A stretch of DNA of 64,000 bases from NCBI GenBank assembly GCA_965246715.1, contig CBDFFH010000017.1, positions 1 through 64,000 on the forward strand, given 5' to 3'. Both the position numbers and the translations under genes were made by a program. The notes under the pieces were generated by a model. That model ran no database searches. It was not told the origin of the DNA and worked only from the letters and a program-made list of their open reading frames with translations. Numbering within the stretch: the stretch's first letter is position 1; each line of letters begins with the position of its first letter. This DNA comes from Chamaesiphon sp. (GTDB lineage: Bacteria > Cyanobacteriota > Cyanobacteriia > Cyanobacteriales > Chamaesiphonaceae). This document shows positions 61,937 through 64,000 of the stretch, piece after piece.

Positions 61937-63310
61937 ATGAAAATTCTATTTGTTGCGGCTGAGGCTGCACCCATTGCGAAAGTTGGTGGGATGGGCGATG
62001 TGGTAGGTGCGTTGCCTAAGTTTCTTCGCAAAATGGGACATGATGTGCGGATTTTTATGCCTTATTATGGCTCCTTGGTGGGGAAATTAGATATTCCCTA
62101 TGAGCCAGTGTGGTGGGGATATGCAATGTTCAATCACTTCGCTGTCTATGAAACCGTCCTCCCTGGTACCGACGTTCCCTTGTACCTGATGGGGCATCCT
62201 GTCTTCGATCCGCAGCGGATTTATGGCGGTGAAGATGAAGACTGGCGCTTTACCTTCTTTGCCAATGGTGCGGCTGAGTTTTGCTGGAACCATTGGAAAC
62301 CCAATCTGCTCCACTGTCACGACTGGCATACTGGCATGTTGCCCGTGTGGATGCACCAAGATCCCGATATCAGTACCGTCTTTACGATTCACAATTTAGC
62401 TTATCAAGGGCCGTGGCGGTGGTATCTGGAGCGAATTACCTGGTGTCCGTGGTACATGCAGGGGCATAATACAATGGCAGCGGCGGTGCAATTTGCCGAT
62501 CGGGTGAATACAGTTTCGCCGACTTATGCGGAGCAAATTAAGACGATCGAGTATGGTGAGAAAATCGAAGGATTGCTCTCGTTTATCAGTGGGAGGCTGT
62601 CGGGAATCGTCAATGGCATCGATACGGAAGTCTACGATCCGACCAACGATCCAGCTTTAGTCAAAACTTTTAGCGCTAAAACCCTCGCAGATCGCGTTGA
62701 AAACAAAGCCGCACTGCAAAAAGAAATCGGCTTGACCGTAAATCCCGATACCTTCCTAGTGGGAATGGTATCCCGCCTGGTAGAACAAAAAGGTTTGGAT
62801 CTGATGCTCCAGACACTCGATCGCTTTCTGGCTTATACCGATGCTCAATTTGTGGTCTTGGGTACAGGCGATCGCTATTATGAAAATCAATTGTGGCAAT
62901 TAGCTTCGCGCTATCCAGGGCGGATGGCAACTTATCTGATGTATAACGAGTCGCTGTCGCGGCGGATCTATGCTGGATCGGATGCGTTCTTGATGCCCAG
63001 TCGATTCGAGCCATGCGGCATCAGTCAGATGTTAGCGATGCGCTATGGTTGCGTCCCGATCGTCCGCCGCACTGGTGGCTTGGTAGATACCGTCACCCAT
63101 CACGATCCGCAGCATCATCAAGGCACGGGATATTGTTTCGATCGCTATGAAGCATTGGATCTCTATACCTGCATGGTACGCGCCTGGGAGAGCTTCAACT
63201 ACAAGCCACAATGGGCGGAACTCCAACAACGCGGCATGGACAGCGATTTCAGTTGGCGTAAGTCAGCGATCGAGTATGAGGAGCTTTATAAGTCAATTAT
63301 CAACGTTTAA
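61937..63310 (+). CDS. glgA: Glycogen synthase
   Basis: [39 protein letters not shown]. Confidence 0.97.
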   Translation: MKILFVAAEAAPIAKVGGMGDVVGALPKFLRKMGHDVRIFMPYYGSLVGKLDIPYEPVWWGYAMFNHFAVYETVLPGTDVPLYLMGHPVFDPQRIYGGEDEDWRFTFFANGAAEFCWNHWKPNLLHCHDWHTGMLPVWMHQDPDISTVFTIHNLAYQGPWRWYLERITWCPWYMQGHNTMAAAVQFADRVNTVSPTYAEQIKTIEYGEKIEGLLSFISGRLSGIVNGIDTEVYDPTNDPALVKTFSAKTLADRVENKAALQKEIGLTVNPDTFLVGMVSRLVEQKGLDLMLQTLDRFLAYTDAQFVVLGTGDRYYENQLWQLASRYPGRMATYLMYNESLSRRIYAGSDAFLMPSRFEPCGISQMLAMRYGCVPIVRRTGGLVDTVTHHDPQHHQGTGYCFDRYEALDLYTCMVRAWESFNYKPQWAELQQRGMDSDFSWRKSAIEYEELYKSIINV

Positions 63311-63398
63311 ATTGGAGCGTTAGAAATATTTACTTGGAGATGGGTATATTTATGGTAGCTTTACGAAATAGTGTTAACTAGATCGGGCTTAAGTTGCG

Positions 63399-64000
63399 AT
63401 GAATAACTCCATTTCCAACTCTCGGCGTACTTTCGTTAAATTCGGCGTTGGTGTTTTAGGTACTGGTGGTCTGACAGCACTACTTGGGAACAAGCTGCTG
63501 GCAGATGTACCTAAAACTAATCCCAAGAGCGGTTTAGCTCCAGATTTAGCCTTAGCTGAATTGATGCGTGGCAATCAACGATTTACCGATCGTCAAGCCA
63601 AACATCCCAATCAAGATCTTAGTAGGATGTTATCGGTTTCCAAAAAACAACAACCATTTGCCGCAATTCTCGGTTGTGCTGATTCGCGAGTCCCATTAGA
63701 AATAGTCTTCGATCGGGGGATTGGCGATCTATTTGTCGCCAGAGTTGCTGGTAATACTGCCACTGACGAAATAACTGGCACCCTAGAATATGGCACGCTA
63801 GTTTCAGGCGCTAAGGTAGTGATGGTGCTAGGGCATAAAAATTGTGGTGCGGTTAGAGCGACGATCGATAATCAAGCCGTACCCGGCAAGATCGGTAGCT
63901 TATTAACCCTCATCAAACCAGCAGTAGCGTCAACGAAAAGTCAATCCGGCGACAGACTTAAAAATGCTGTTGTTGCTAATATCAAAAATCAAGTAGATCG
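63399..64000 (+). CDS. Beta-carbonic anhydrase with Tat signal (EcaB-like), runs off window
   Basis: Not in ORF track; MNNSISNSRRTFVKF..., GCADSRVP, RVAGN, LGHKNCGAV. Confidence 0.92.
   Translation, partial: MNNSISNSRRTFVKFGVGVLGTGGLTALLGNKLLADVPKTNPKSGLAPDLALAELMRGNQRFTDRQAKHPNQDLSRMLSVSKKQQPFAAILGCADSRVPLEIVFDRGIGDLFVARVAGNTATDEITGTLEYGTLVSGAKVVMVLGHKNCGAVRATIDNQAVPGKIGSLLTLIKPAVASTKSQSGDRLKNAVVANIKNQVD

Noticed and set aside
63389..63796. Two 61-aa minus-strand ORFs
   Set aside because: Antisense to the carbonic anhydrase gene.

Overview
Cyanobacterial chromosomal DNA, dense in GCGATCGC/TCGATCGA/CGATCG palindromes. The strong TCGATCGA bias suggests a Chamaesiphon-like strain (inference). 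The core is a complete ~15 kb phycoerythrin island (11.8-26.7 kb): DUF2656, aplA-like, cpeT, cpeS, cpeBA, cpeY, cpeZ, an NblB-like HEAT gene, cpeR, cpeE, cpeD, cpeC, pebAB, a pentapeptide-repeat gene, cpeU and cpeF. It carries an RcaC L-box and HLR1-like boxes. Housekeeping genes flank it: the psbO 5' end, truB, ogt, cysH, pgeF, psbP, maf, msrB, mntH, scpB, aat, glgA and a beta-carbonic anhydrase. Accessory content includes two tandem gene duplications, an RnfD/NqrB-like + 2x DUF2330 cluster, an RNase Sa/barstar pair, an RND pump and many REP/MITE/SDR-type small repeats. There are also relics of IS1, type V-K CAST tnsB-tnsC and IS1634, an internally deleted group II intron, and a thioesterase pseudogene. 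Three observations stand out. (1) A petD-like/petB-like/quinone-oxidoreductase operon whose cytochrome b keeps the Qo-side heme ligands, with PEWY retained in its subunit IV partner, but lacks the heme bH His and heme ci Cys. (2) A 22-nt HIP1-inserted element that frameshifts a Nif11-like gene and also forms the 5' exon of the group II intron. (3) The RnfD-like/DUF2330 (CxxC) module. All calls come from reading the sequence; no searches were run.
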